A DNA stretch of 64,000 bases, from contig CM075977.1 of the NCBI GenBank assembly GCA_038087875.1, positions 320,478,001 to 320,542,000 of the forward strand, in the 5' to 3' direction. The notes beneath the pieces are model-generated. The model saw only the letters and a program-made list of their open reading frames with translations, made no database searches and was not told where the DNA came from. Both the position numbers and the translations under genes were made by a program. This stretch comes from Malacoraja senta. Taxonomy: Eukaryota. Positions 23,495 through 35,870 of this stretch are shown here, in pieces. The first letter of the stretch is position 1, and each line of letters begins with the position of its first letter.

Positions 23495-23755
23495 ACTAAC
23501 CATCAATCACTCGTATGCTACTTCTTGTCTTTTCCCACTTTTGCATCCTACACACTAGGGGCAATTTACAGAAGCCACTTAGCTTACAAGCCTGCACGTC
23601 TTTGGAAAATGGGAGGAAACCGAAGGATCCAGAGGAAACCCTCATGGCCTCAGGGAGAACATGCAAACTCCACACTGACAGCACTCATAGTCAGGATTGA
23701 ACCGGGGTCTCTGGCACTGTAAGGTAGCAGCTCGACCGCTGCACCACTGTGCCCT
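23495..23755 (-). mobile_element. HE1-type V-SINE
   Basis: V-domain and tRNA-like head on the minus strand. Confidence 0.82.
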
Positions 23756-24932
23756 ATGCCTCTTACTGCAGGAGAGTAGGAGTATTAGAACAGATTGATG
23801 ACATTCTGTAAGGGAGGCAGCAGCATTTTTGATTAGGTTTTACTGTTTCTCAAAGAGATCCAATTCTGAGAGAAATTCTTCATTGTAATGTTCATGTCAG
23901 CAATGATCTGCAATCGGTTGCTCTATGAGACAATCATTGAAATTTTAATGACCCTTTGGCAAATTACACTTATATTATGCTCTCCTTTGCTCTTAGTAAT
24001 GATAGAACACTCAGGGTTTTATTCATCACTCCATTACTTGTTTCTTAGTCTACCTGATGAATTCCATGATGGACCATGGTGAATTCCACAACCAAATTTC
24101 AACCCATGGATTGGGGCTTTATTTTCTACAGCAAAATAGCAGAAATGTTACCATGATTAGACATTTTTTTTAGGCAGATGTTGCCCCTTTCACAGAGCTA
24201 AAGTGTAACTCCTTCCACATATTAATTCCTTCCCACTCAGTTAAGTTAGCATCGGTATCGTATTTAGTCAGTGTACAAAACCAATTCATAGAAGAGAAGG
24301 GTTAACAGGGAAGTAAAATTATTACCTTCTCAAGTTTCTATGCAACTGTAATTTTTTAATGAAGAAAAACAGTGTACTTAAGCCTGCAAATTTAGGCACA
24401 TCTCTCTGTGCTCTTGGAGACAACATCGATTTTTTGAAGTCTAAAAAATAGAAGGTTTGGTCGTACAAGTTGAAAGTGTGAATAGCGACATACTGTGTCA
24501 ATCGAATGCTTTGATGTTTTATCTACTGAAAACAGTATTGAACTTTGTTTTATTTGGTTGGTGACCTGAATACTTCAGGTTATTATTTTCACAGCAAGAG
24601 TTTCATAATTGAATTTCTCCAGAGATGGGACAACCGTAACTAATTATGGCTTCAAAATGAAACAAACAGTCTTACCTATTTCATGAAGTGCACTTTCTGG
24701 CCTATGGAACGAGGACTAAAATTGTTTGTTAAGAGGTTTATTTGCCCGTTCAATTCAAAATAAGTATATGATCCAAAAAACGATATCTCCATCATCATTC
24801 ATTCCTCCCCCCATTTAATGAAATTTTCTATCTCATAATGAGGTACAGTTTCATAGGTCAATACCATGACACCTTGATCAATTGGACAAGGAGCCCTGTA
24901 CCTGCCAACGCTTTCTGTGTTGGTCAAGTGGG

Positions 24933-25038
24933 AGGACTGATTGTGGATGATCAGCCATGATCACATTGAATGGCGGTGCTGGCTCGAAGGGCAGAATGGC
25001 CTACTCCTGCACCTATTGTCTATTGTCTATTGACTATT
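24933..25038 (+). mobile_element. CR1 3' UTR only, (CTATTGT)n tail
   Basis: Nearly identical to the 3' ends at 13140-13226 and 60826-60930. Confidence 0.88.
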
Positions 25039-25132
25039 ACTCAACTGTCACCTGATAGTTAATCTTTAGGTACATTACAAAGGGGCCACTAGATACCTCC
25101 AGGCATCGTGAGTTCAGCCTCTATTTTTCTAG

Positions 25133-25380
25133 TGTAGAAACAAGGAACTGCAGATGCTGGTTAGAACACAAAAGAACCGAAAGTGCTGGAGTAACTCAGC
25201 AGGTCAAGCAGCATCTCTGGAGAACGCGGATCAGTGACATTTCGGGTCAAGACCCTTCAGATTGATTGTAGTCACCCCCTGACTATAATCAATCAGAAGG
25301 GTCTCGACCCAAAATGGCATCTATCCATGTTCTCCAGAGATGTTGCCTGTCCTGCTGAGTTACTCAAGCACTTTGTGTTC
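25133..25380. mobile_element. Penelope-derived palindromic element
   Basis: Two inverted arms centred on gattgattgtagtcaccccctgactataatcaatc; ctctatttt(t)ct on both flanks. Confidence 0.85.
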
Positions 25381-26527
25381 TCTATTTTCTCTGTTCTAAG
25401 GGGGCACAGTGTCAAATGCAAAAGTCCTGATCTCAAGGACCAGGGAGGGATAAACTAGTGTTCCTTCTTTTGATTGCTATTCATGGACCTCTGCTAGACA
25501 GTGTATATATTCATATAAAGTTAAACATAAAGGATCATGTAAAGAAATGATACCAACACAAAATATTACAAATGTTTGAAATCTGAAAATTGAAGTAGAA
25601 AATGATTGAAATACTCAGCAGGTAGGTAGAGAGAGACAAAGGTAATGTTCTCAAGTCGATATTCTCTTAATGTTTCAAGGCATGACCTTTCATTAGAATT
25701 TATGAAAAATCATGGACCTGAAACATTTACTCTGTTTCTCTCTCTGCAGGTACTGGCTAACCTGATGAATATTTCTGCCATTCTCTACATGTAATTGAAT
25801 TTGACCAGTTTTCAACTCCTGAAGGTAATAAATCCACATCATCAAACTGTTCAAAGTGCAACATTGGTTGGTTACCATGAGTGGAATAAACTTAGACTCG
25901 TGTTAGAGGGCATATCGAGAATTCAGTGGAAGCAGAATTCAATTGAGGTTAAGAAACACATTTATAAGGATAATCACCAATTTATTGTGGATCCACTTCT
26001 TGAATCCTTTGGTAGCATTTGTATCATGTGCTGAGCAAGGATAATTTATGTTAAAACTGAATGCAAATGGTGGACAATTGCTCAGTTCTTTAACAGGTAG
26101 AATAATCACGTATAATTAAAAGAAGAGAAATGCCCACAAGAATGCAATGCCAAAAGGTCTGATGTAGAAAATTCCCATTTATTTAATTATGGGCATGACA
26201 GCCAAGGAATGTTATACATTACATACAGGCTTTTCTCTACCACTTGATTAAAATTCAGTTTGAATTGTGGACAAGGTCTGTGAATAATACAGAACACCAA
26301 CAGTTGCATTTTAAAAATTCATTTAAATGTATTTTTCAGCACCTTGAGATCACGCTGGTGCGTCAATATTTTTTGCCTTTGAAAGCAACCACTAACTTTG
26401 ACATTTAGATAAACTTTCAGTAATTTGCCTAAAAAAAAATTATCATGTGCTTCTAGAATTTCCCTATAGTCCCATGCAATCTATCTCCCACCTTTAATCA
26501 AAAACAGGCAGCAGACTACTTTATAAA

Positions 26528-26857
26528 ACTTGGAGAAACTCAGCGGGTGAGGCAGCATCTATGGAGTGAAGGAATAGGCGACGTTTCGGGTCCAGACCCT
26601 TCTTCAGACTGATGTCGGGGGGGGGGGGGGCGGGAAAAAGAAAGGAAGAGGCGGAGACAGTAGACTGTGGGAGAGCTGGGAAGGGGAGGGGAAAGAGGGA
26701 GAAAGCAAGGACTACCTGACATTGGAGAAGTGAATGTTCATACTGCTGGGGTGTAAACTGCCCAAGCGAAATATGAGGTGCTGCTCCTCCAATTTGCGGT
26801 GGACCCGAAACGTCACCTATTCCTTCTCTCCATAGATGCTGCCTCACCCGCTGAGTT
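26528..26857 (-). mobile_element. 5'-truncated Neptune-like Penelope element with inverted partial pseudo-LTR
   Basis: Minus 26801->26712 encodes HRKLEEQHLIFRLGSLHPSSMNIHFSNVR* (GIY-YIG C-terminus), followed by the pLTR and hammerhead. An inverted pLTR copy lies at 26801-26857. Confidence 0.85.
26580..26607 (-). ncRNA. Minimal type I hammerhead ribozyme core
   Basis: Minus strand: CTGAAGA-A-GGGTC-TG-GACCC-GAAA-CGTC; predicted GUC cleavage site. Confidence 0.75.
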
Positions 26858-27008
26858 NNNNNNNNNNNNNNNNNNNNNNNNNNNNNNNNNNNNNNNNNNN
26901 NNNNNNNNNNNNNNNNNNNNNNNNNNNNNNNNNNNNNNNNNNNNNNNNNNNNNNNNNNNNNNNNNNNNNNNNNNNNNNNNNNNNNNNNNNNNNNNNNNNN
27001 NNNNNNNN
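26858..27008. other. Assembly gap (151 N)
   Basis: Run of N. Confidence 1.
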
Positions 27009-27086
27009 TGTGATGCCTCAGGCCGCCCCCTCCCCTCGAAGCCGCGCGTTGCGGGAACAGACCCAATGGGTCTGCACTTGGTCTAG
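27009..27086 (+). mobile_element. Probable Helitron 3' terminus
   Basis: GC-rich segment, hairpin CAGACCC-AAT-GGGTCTG (27058-27074), then CTAG (27083-27086) followed by T. Confidence 0.65.
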
Positions 27087-27128
27087 TATATATATATATG
27101 TGTGTGTGTATATATATATATATATATA
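27087..27128. repeat. (TA)n(TG)n(TA)n microsatellite
   Basis: Visible directly in the sequence. Confidence 0.95.
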
Positions 27129-28261
27129 ATATTTCTTGTATCTTCCTTTTGAATTTTCTGTGCAGGCCCTCCAAAGCTTCCATATCCATTTTATAATACT
27201 GTGAATTGAATTATATGCTGTACTTCAAATGTAGTATAACCAAATTGTAATATGTTTAGCATCACTGTACTACTTTAAACTCTAGCCTTTCAGAAATAAA
27301 CCCTAGAACTTTGTTTGCCTTTTTTATGCTTTGTAAGTGATTGAATCACAACCGTAACAATTTGCTGGGCAAGTTTATCAGCCTAGAAACTAGATCCTGT
27401 CGTGCTGATTATTTCATCGCTACACAATTGAGAAAGCACTTTACCTGAAGCGAAACATGATAACAACCATTTTTGGAATGTTTTGTGTCACTCCAGAAAT
27501 TTGATCAGCAGTTCCCAGCAAAAGTTCCACTTGCATGTCTGATGCAATTTTTGAATCAGGCACACTGTTATTACTGGTTCAGGAAGCGTTGCCAGGGAAA
27601 TTGGTTGACAATATTCACAGCCGTCTCTGCTGCTTGTCACATTCAGAAAATCCATGCACTATGCACCTGGCTGAAATGGAATCACCTCTTGTCCTCAAGG
27701 TATTAACCACCCCTATCCCTTTCCCACACATAAATCACCTCTGGACTCCTCCCTGATCAGATTTGGCTTGTCGTACCCAAAAGCCCTCAACCACTGACTC
27801 CTAAAGTCTCCCATTCTCTCAAACCTCCAAACTCCCCATCACTAGCTCCCCGAACCTCCTGAATTTATTTGCACCACAATCTTCTGATTGTTGACTCAAC
27901 CAATACTCCTCCCTGGCCCCTTGAACTCCCTTGTGGAAGTCCAGTTCTGCAACATCACCAGGTCCAATCTTTAAACATCCTCTCTAGTCCTGACTTGGCA
28001 TTTATTGCACCAAACCCCATGCTGCCCTAACAGACCCAATGTGACATCTAGTGCAGCACCAATGGTAACCTCACCATCACCATCACCAACTCCTCTCTGG
28101 AATTCATGAGCTTCAGTTTAATCAGATGTGTGAAGGCGAGTAGTGCTGGCTTCCAATACTCTTGCAAGCAATTAGATAGAAAACAAATATATATTTTTCC
28201 ACTTCCCTATGTCACCTCACCGCTGCAAATCTTTTACTGAATCATAGATTGAAGAGCTGTA

Positions 28262-28582
28262 AGGGCGACACGGTGGAGCAGTGGTAGAGTTGCTGCCTCA
28301 CAGCGCTTGTAGCGCCGGAGACTCGGGTTCAATCCCGTCTATGGGTGCTGTCTGTACGGAGTTTGTACATTCTTCCCATGACCGTGTGGGCTTTCTCTGA
28401 GATCTTCGGTTTCCTCCCACACTCCTATAGGTTTGTAGGTTAATTGGTTTGGTATAATTGTAAATTGTCCCTAGTATGTGTAGGATAGTGTTAATGTGCG
28501 GGGACCGCTGGTCGGTGCGGACTTGGTGCACCGAAGGGCCTGCTTCTGCGCTGTATCTCTAAACTAAAGCAAACTAAACTAA
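28262..28582 (+). mobile_element. HE1-type V-SINE, full length
   Basis: A box TGGAGCAGTGG (28274-28284), B box GGTTCAATCC (28326-28335), V-domain and (TAAAC)n tail. Confidence 0.9.
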
Positions 28583-29229
28583 GCGAAATAGTTAAGATCT
28601 CGTGGTATCTGCTACTTAGATCTTCTGATGGTGTTTAAATTTTACTTTTAATAAATTAAATTGTTATTTAATAACCGAGGTGACAGTTTGACTGCATACT
28701 TAATCTGTTATCCAAAAACATTCACTTCATTTCCAATAAACCATATTATCAAGAATACAATGTAGAGGTTCATTTGTAAAGAGTGAAGGCGTGAATGGGA
28801 GTGGTCCATGGTGCTGAACTGGAAGATAATTATCAGGTTACAATCTAATAAACCGTTAACAGCATAATGGCATAATAAGATATACGGTGTATAGATAAAT
28901 TACACACAGGTCTGATTTAATCGTACAGTAATCTAGTGTAATTTAGGGCCAAATCCTTTACTGTGATTTCTATTCCCCCATCTCTGAAATATTTGTTGTC
29001 ATTTATCTTCAGTTGTATAGCTATGAACCAGTTTGATAACAGGAAAATTATGTTTAATACATTTTATTGGGTATGGGCATCCCTAATTTGACCTTTGAAG
29101 ATGGGGACTAAGAGCTATCAATGTATCTTTAGTGACCATGGTTACTGGAAAATGTGACAACCAAGATAGGAATATTCTTAATCTCAGCTATATATAAATC
29201 CTGGAATTCTGAAATAGCTTAATCAAATA

Positions 29230-29340
29230 GACTATAGTGGTTCAAGAAGGCAGCTCACCGCCAAATTCCCAAAGGCAGTTAGGGACACAATATAAATTCT
29301 GATTTTGCCTGTGATTCTCACATCTTGTTTGTGAAAAAGA
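29230..29340 (+). mobile_element. Ancient CR1-type 3' end
   Basis: ggttcaagaaggcagctcaccgcc...ggcagttaggga...ctcacatc. Confidence 0.55.
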
Positions 29341-29976
29341 TCCCCTTTTCTAAAACCTCACTACCCAATATTCCTTACAGCTATTGTTTTATGCACCTTT
29401 CTTTACAAGTTTTCCTTTTCAATTAGGGCATTGTAAACATATTGAAACAGTCTACAATGTCATCAGGTCCATCTATGTAAAACATCCCACCAACATTTCT
29501 GTTGTCCTGGTTCACAGAACAAGGACTGGCTCTGGCTTTGTAGCCTTCCCCCAATATTGCCTTGCACCCCCATCACCTTGACCATTTCCATTCTCATAAT
29601 CTGTAACTTAATTGACTCAAGTTTAGTTCCCAGTCAATCTAATCAAATGAATTGCCATTGGATTTGTGGAAGACCAAATGGTCTCCCTGTTGTTAGGTTA
29701 GGAAATGTAATCCAGCCATCAATAGTGGAGAGAGAACAGTTCAATATATATGAGAACAAACCAACTGTCACAGCAGTTCTTTGGTTGAATAATCTGTCAA
29801 CATTTAACATCACACAAAGAATTATCAATATATGGGACCATCCAGAACATGCGATGCCTATGAATCTTTGAGCCATTGGCCTCGGGTTGGAAGGAAAAAG
29901 AAGTATATCCAATGCCAGGTTTGTTAATTGTCATTGGATCAAGATCATGCAGATTCTTAAGTAGCTTATATTTGTT

Positions 29977-30100
29977 GGTCTGAAGAAAGGTCTCGACCCG
30001 AAACGTCGCCTATTCCGTCTCTCCATAGATGCTGCCTCACCCGCTGAATTCCTCCAGCATTTTTGTCTACCTTTGATTTTTCCAGCATCTGCAGTTCTTT
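29977..30100 (+). mobile_element. Penelope-derived short element with hammerhead core (29980-30007)
   Basis: ggt-CTGAAGA-a-aggtc-tc-gaccc-GAAA-CGTC-gcc, with one mismatch at the base of stem II. Confidence 0.85.
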
Positions 30101-30894
30101 GTCAGTATATTTGTATTTTCTCTCAGCAACTTTTATTTGAAATAACCTAGCCAAGTACAAACCCACCTTTGTTTTTATTATTGCCATCAGATACAATAAC
30201 TTGAAAGGTGTTGTCTTGTGCAAAAGCACGGAAAGGCAGTGTAACACATTGTCGGATAAATGGGTACTAAATATCTACAATACCAAATTAATTTAAAGTA
30301 AACCCTATTTTGTTTTGTTTTGCCTTTTACTTTAAGCAATAAAGTAATTTTATTTTAATCTTACTTTCATGCGGAACCATAATATGCATATGTAATCTGT
30401 AAACAAGTCTCCAGAAGTTCTGGAGATTGAAAAACTACATTATCTCAAAGGAATTGTACCCTGCCTCAAACCCAATCTATTGACTTCAAAAGAATGAATT
30501 TCAAAGACAGAGTACAGTGCATCAATACAACAGTATGGTACATTTAATAGTACCTCTGACCAGGGAAAACTTACAAGGTGAATATTTTTAACATTTGAAT
30601 CCACTTATTTTTAAATCAAAGTTTTGAATGAATTTTTGAATTGTACAGCTTTCAGTTAATCAATTGAAATTTTAAAGCATGTTTATCGGTGCTGAAGAAC
30701 GGTTGATTAACAGTGCATGGTTGTCCTTCTGAAGTGGAAAATTCTGTTGAATTATCGAGGTGCGTTATCTTGTTTGAGGATTGGGTGATTTGAATCCAGC
30801 AGGTTGTATTCTGGTGATGTCACCAGTATCCTGTTTACCAGGAAATGTACTATTCAGCTGCTAACTATGAGCCCAATAGCAAGATAAAAAGGTC

Positions 30895-31405
30895 TAATCA
30901 TAGAACATGATGTCTGTGCCGAATATGATGCCAGCATAAATTAATCTCATCTGCCTGCACGTGAGCCATATCTCTACATACCCTTCGTATCCATGAGCCC
31001 TTCTAAAAGCCTGTTAAATGCTACTATTGTATCTGCCTTGTCATCACCCATTGCAGCATGTTCCAGGCACTCACCACCCTCTGTGTATAAAACTTGCTCT
31101 GCACATCTCCTTTAAACTTTGGCCTTTTCACCTTAAAGCTACTGTCCGTCCTCTAATCTTTGACATTTCCATCCTAGGAGAAAGACTTTGAGTGTCTACC
31201 CTAACTGTGCCTCATAATTTGATATATCTATCAGACCTACAGCCAATACTCTCTAATGCAGGCAACATTCTGGAAAAGCTCTTTTGCACACTGTCCAAAG
31301 CCTCCACATCCTTCCTATAATGGTGTAACCAGAACTGCCCACAGTGCTCCAAGTTTGGCCTTAACAAAATCCTATAATGCTGCATCATGACTGCCTGACT
31401 TCATT
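30895..31405 (-). mobile_element. Old CR1 3' fragment
   Basis: cacatccttcctataatggtgtaaccagaactgc..., ccaggcactcaccaccctctgtgt. Confidence 0.75.
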
Positions 31406-31730
31406 AATCCATTTTCAAAATGTTTGGCTTATGAAAAAACCTAAGTTGCTTAGAAACCTTCTAAGCACATCATTTCAAAGTAATTTTGCAAGAAAAAGAA
31501 AGCAACAATAGTCATATGTGTTATATAGTTATATTGTTTTATTGTTTTTATGTATAAAGTACCATCAGGCATCCTGGTAGTTAATTTGGAAATGTATTGT
31601 CCGGTATACAATGATTCCATCAGAAACAAAATGATTTCAAGTTTGGCCATCAGGGTTTAATGGCCTCAGGTGGATTGCCTTGGAGTTTCTATAACCGATT
31701 TATCACTCTTGGGACAGTGAGGACAGAACC

Positions 31731-31852
31731 GTCTGAAGAAGGGTCTCGACCCGAAACGTCACCCATTCCTTCTCTCCAGAGATGCTGCCTGTTACTCCAG
31801 CTTTTTGTGTCTATCTTCAGTTTAAACCAGCATCTGCAGTTCCTTCTTACAC
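31731..31852 (+). mobile_element. Penelope-derived short element
   Basis: Intact hammerhead core plus the 3' arm ending cttcttacac. Confidence 0.88.
31733..31760 (+). ncRNA. Minimal type I hammerhead ribozyme core
   Basis: CTGAAGA-A-GGGTC-TC-GACCC-GAAA-CGTC; predicted cleavage after 31760. Confidence 0.75.
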
Positions 31853-31884
31853 AGTACTTGCAACTCCTATTTAGTTTCAGTTTT

Positions 31885-32016
31885 GCTCACTTCTGTGGGT
31901 TCAAGTCCTACTGCAGAGATTGAATAGATTTTCCAGAATCATTGAAAGGGGAATTAAAAGAATGCCGAACCACTGTTGGTGTAGTCTCTGGAATGAAAAG
32001 GTAATCTCCAAGCCCC
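31885..32016 (+). mobile_element. Ancient DeuSINE (SacSINE1-like) 5' part
   Basis: tgtgggttcaagtcctactgcagaga B-box head, followed by degenerate sequence resembling the Deu-domain start. Confidence 0.5.
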
Positions 32017-32124
32017 CTATGATCTTATGGCACGACGTTGAAAAGTAGCCAGAGAGTTCTGACCAGTACCTCTACCACCCTCGCTAAAACAGATATTTTC
32101 TTCATTTGATTTATTGCTGATTGG

Positions 32125-32335
32125 TATAGCATGGAAACAGGCCCATCGGCCCACTGTGCCCACATTGACCAGCAAACATCCTCTTCTACTCACCCCTCTT
32201 GAACCCATTCTATTATCTCTGCATTCTTATCAACTCCGCTCCACCCCCCCCCCCCCCCCTCCCTCTCCTCCTCTCAGATTCAATCGCTCATCTATATACT
32301 AGGGCAACTTATAGTGGCCAATTATCTATTAACTT
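32125..32335 (-). mobile_element. Degraded HE1-like SINE 3' part
   Basis: atagcatggaaacaggcccatcggcccac...actagggcaactt. Confidence 0.6.
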
Positions 32336-32336
32336 G

Positions 32337-32690
32337 CACGTTCAGTTTTGGTCGTCCTGCTATAGGAAGGATGTTGTTAAGCTAGGAAGAGTGGAAAAAA
32401 GATTTACAAGGTTGTTGCCAATAATTAAGTGCCTGAGCTATAGGGAGAGGTTGGGCAGGCTAGGACTTTATTCATTGGAGCGCAGAAGGATGTGGGGTGA
32501 TCTTGCAGAGGTGTATAAGATCATCAAGGAATAGATAGGATGAATGGACAGGGTCTTTTACCCAGAATAGGGGAATCAAGAACCAAGGGATATGTTTAAG
32601 GATAAAGATTTAATAGGAACCTGAGGGGCAGCTTTTTCACACAGTGGGTGATGGGTATATGGAATGTGCTGCCTGAGGAGGTAGTGCTGT
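32337..32690 (+). mobile_element. CR1 RT C-terminal fragment
   Basis: VQFWSSCYRKDVVKLGRVEKRFTRLL. Confidence 0.85.
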
Positions 32691-32699
32691 CACCTTTGC

Positions 32700-33165
32700 A
32701 ATAAGGTGGCCAATTACCAGAGCAGTCCATCACGCGGAACCTTATCAAAAGCCGTGCTACAACGTCTACAGCTTTGCGCTCATCGACGTTCAAAAACGCT
32801 ATTGGATTCATAAGACATGATCTCCCACGTACAAAACCATGCTGACTATCCCTAAACTGCATCTGTCTATCCAAATGCATAAAAAATCTTATCCTTAAGA
32901 ATCCTCGCCAGTGCATTACCTACCACAGATGTTAGGCTCATTGGTCTGTGGTTCCCAGGCTTTTTCTTGCAGCCCTTCTTAAATAGAGTCACACCATCAG
33001 CCACCCTCCTAGTCTTCCGGCATCTCACCCATGTCAAGCGATGATTGATAGATCTCAGCTCAGGCACCAGCAATTTCTTCTCTAGTTTCCCACTGTGTTC
33101 CTGGACATATCTGATCAGGTCAGGGAGATTTATCTAACTTCATATACCTTTGAACGGTCAGCACC
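32700..33165 (-). mobile_element. CR1 RT N-terminal fragment
   Basis: LFKKGCKKKPGNHRPMSLTSVVG, SQHGFVRGRSCL. Confidence 0.85.
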
Positions 33166-33540
33166 ACCTCTATCATAATTTTTGAAATGATGAGCTAATT
33201 CATGCAATGAAGTGAATATTTCAAGTCGGAGCTGTTAGCTTTGCAGATATTGCATGTTTCCCTCCAGGAAAGGAATGATTAACATCACACTTCATGAATA
33301 GAGAACATTCCACAATACCCTGCAGGTTTCCTGAAAAGGACGGGCTTCCTTTACCATCCACCGTATACTTTAAATTAATTTGGTATCGTAAAGTATAAAA
33401 TCTCACACCTGCTCAGATTAAAGAAGATAATGATGCTCAACTATCGAAAATGGTTCAAACCTCTCAAATGGTGTCAATTCAGAGCACAAAACAAATTCAA
33501 CCCTCAAAGCTTTTGTCAACAATCTATAGTGAAAGATAAT

Positions 33541-33731
33541 GTGTAGGAAGAAACTGCAGATGCTGTTTAAACCGAAGATAGACACAAAATGCTGGAGTAA
33601 CTCAACGGGACAGGCAGCATCTCTGGAGAGAAAGAATGGGTGACGTTTCAGGTCGAGTCCCGAAACATCACATATTCCTTCTCTCTAGAGATGCTGACTG
33701 TCCCATTGAGTTACTTCAACATTTTATGTCT
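33541..33731. mobile_element. Penelope-derived palindromic element with 19-bp TSD
   Basis: Inverted arms; atctatagtg(a/g)aagataat at 33522-33540 and 33732-33750. Confidence 0.88.
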
Positions 33732-35629
33732 ATCTATAGTGGAAGATAATCCTCTTTGACGTCCTTGGGTCGAAAATCTGCACTTCTCACTTCACTTAAT
33801 TGTGTCTTTTTGGGGTGTTTTGAAACTTGCAAAATTCTCCTATTGACTGACTGATTTATTATCAACCTCTCTCTTGCTACCACCACTACCTGGCTCAAGT
33901 ACAAGCAAATCTTCGCGCCAGCCACTGTGTTTGTGGAATTTTGCAAGCCCTGGCAAGCAACAGTATTAAGAAGATGGGACTGCTACTACCCAGACCTAAA
34001 GTTATGAGGACACTGGCCATTATAGTCTCAGGACAACCCTTCCCTTTATATTGAAATCAATTAAAGATAATAGCAGACATCACGTTGCCACACGGTGATG
34101 TATTTAATCTTTCTGCAATCATAATCAGTAAAATAGTTGCTTTTGTCAAAGTCTGCAGATAGGATTCACATTTTTAAGGTCCAATCTGGTTACAGTTATT
34201 TTTAAACAAAGTATCATTCATTAAAATAAATTCAAATAAAGTCAAAGTTGGAATCTGCAATAGTCCCCAAAAAATAATCTTTAATGTTTTATATTTTATA
34301 ATTGTAACAGAAGCATAATGTGCTCCTCTTTAATTCAGCAGAAGTGGCATTTTCAGTAAGGGTATTAACTTTTAATTGCTCCAAAAACTGAACAAGCAAA
34401 TGCTGTCCCACTCATTGCAAAGGTGGAATTCAGTGAAATTATAGCTAATCTTTTGATCCTTGTCACACCATAAAACTATGCAGTAATACAGTGTGGAATT
34501 TTTTTTTCAGATTGTGAACTGTGTATTCTCGTTGGAGTGTGAGCTGTGGTTATATAAATCACGATGTAAGACTGATCTGAGTAATTTCAATAAGAGAGAT
34601 TCCCATCACTGCACAACACCTGCTATTCGTCCATCTGTGAATCTGAACTTGTGCTTTTAGCTGACTTTTGGGTTCTTTGATGTTTTTTGCTGCATCGGTT
34701 CATCTTTTGAAGATAAATTCCAAAGCAGATTATTTGTCATATTCACATGACTTGACATCTTTATCAAAAGGTGACAAGGCGAGTTTATGATAAATCGTCA
34801 TTGCATTGTCCTCCCATCAATTTGTTAAGAATATAACCTATTTTAAGGCAAACTCCAATGAAGAAAATCTTATCACAGCAGTAGAATGTCCAATTTTCCA
34901 CATGATGGAGCATGTGTGTAAAATTGGGATTAAAGACAGGCATAAATGGATTTAACAGGTTGCTGTACAGAGACGTGATGTGAGTCTTTCTTATTTTAGA
35001 AGGAATATTCCCTCCTCCCCATTCTCAAGTATCAGTGATATGGCAATGGCCTATAAAGAAAGGTCCTAGGATCCAAACCTCATTCAGTTGCACACTATAA
35101 ATCACCTGAGGATCACAAGGCTGTGGAATGTGAATAGACCATTCACAGCCTTTCCAAAGAGGAAATATGCCTATTCAGACCAGGTAGCTGAGACCTATTA
35201 ACTCAATAGACATTGGAATTCGAACTTGGCACCCAGAGTGGAAAAAATTTGAAGAAATCAGGACTGTTTTTTCAGGTACATCCGTTACTTAAGGCTCAAT
35301 TTGCTTAATAAAAGAAGACAAAAAAATTACATTTAATTACGGATGATTCACATCAATTGACCATCCCAAAGCATTTCACAATCAATGAATTGAAGCATTT
35401 TGTAGTCAATCACAGCAGCTGATATGCACACAGCATAGGCCTATGAAGAGCATTGATATTAAGAGCCAGCTCATTATTTGTGGCATTTATTGAGGGATGA
35501 ACATTGGTCAGAAGTCTGAAATTATTTCTGCCCTCATAATCTTGTGGATTATTTTTTAATGCCCACTTGAGCAAATGGAGCAGCAAATTAGCTTTTTAGA
35601 AATCTTCCCTAAATTGTGCCAGCATGGTC

Positions 35630-35870
35630 ATCAGGTCATAAGATCATGTGATAGGAGCAGAATTAAGCCAATCGGCCCATCAAGTCGACTCCGCTATTCA
35701 ATCATGGAAGAAGGGTCTCGACACGAAACGTCACCCATTCCTTCTCTCCAGAGACCCGCGGAGTTACTCCAGCTTTTTGTGTCTATATTCAATCATGGCT
35801 GTCTATCTCACCTTCCTAACCCCATCCTCCTGCCTTCTCGCCATAACCCATGACACACGTACTAATTAAG
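35630..35870 (-). mobile_element. CR1 3' end hosting a Penelope-derived insert
   Basis: ataggagcagaattaagcc...ctgccttctcgccataacc. Confidence 0.8.
35708..35785 (+). mobile_element. Penelope-derived insert with perfect 13-bp TSD
   Basis: tattcaatcatgg at 35695-35707 and 35786-35798; the insert starts inside the hammerhead core (aagaagggtctcgacacgaaacgtc). Confidence 0.88.

Noticed and set aside
28262-28345. tRNA-like A and B boxes as tRNA genes
   Set aside because: They are SINE heads continuing into the V-domain and tail, with no complete cloverleaf.
32337-33165. Opposed CR1 fragments as a twin-priming product or inversion
   Set aside because: The order is wrong for twin priming and several hundred bases of consensus are missing between the pieces; independent fragments explain it equally well.
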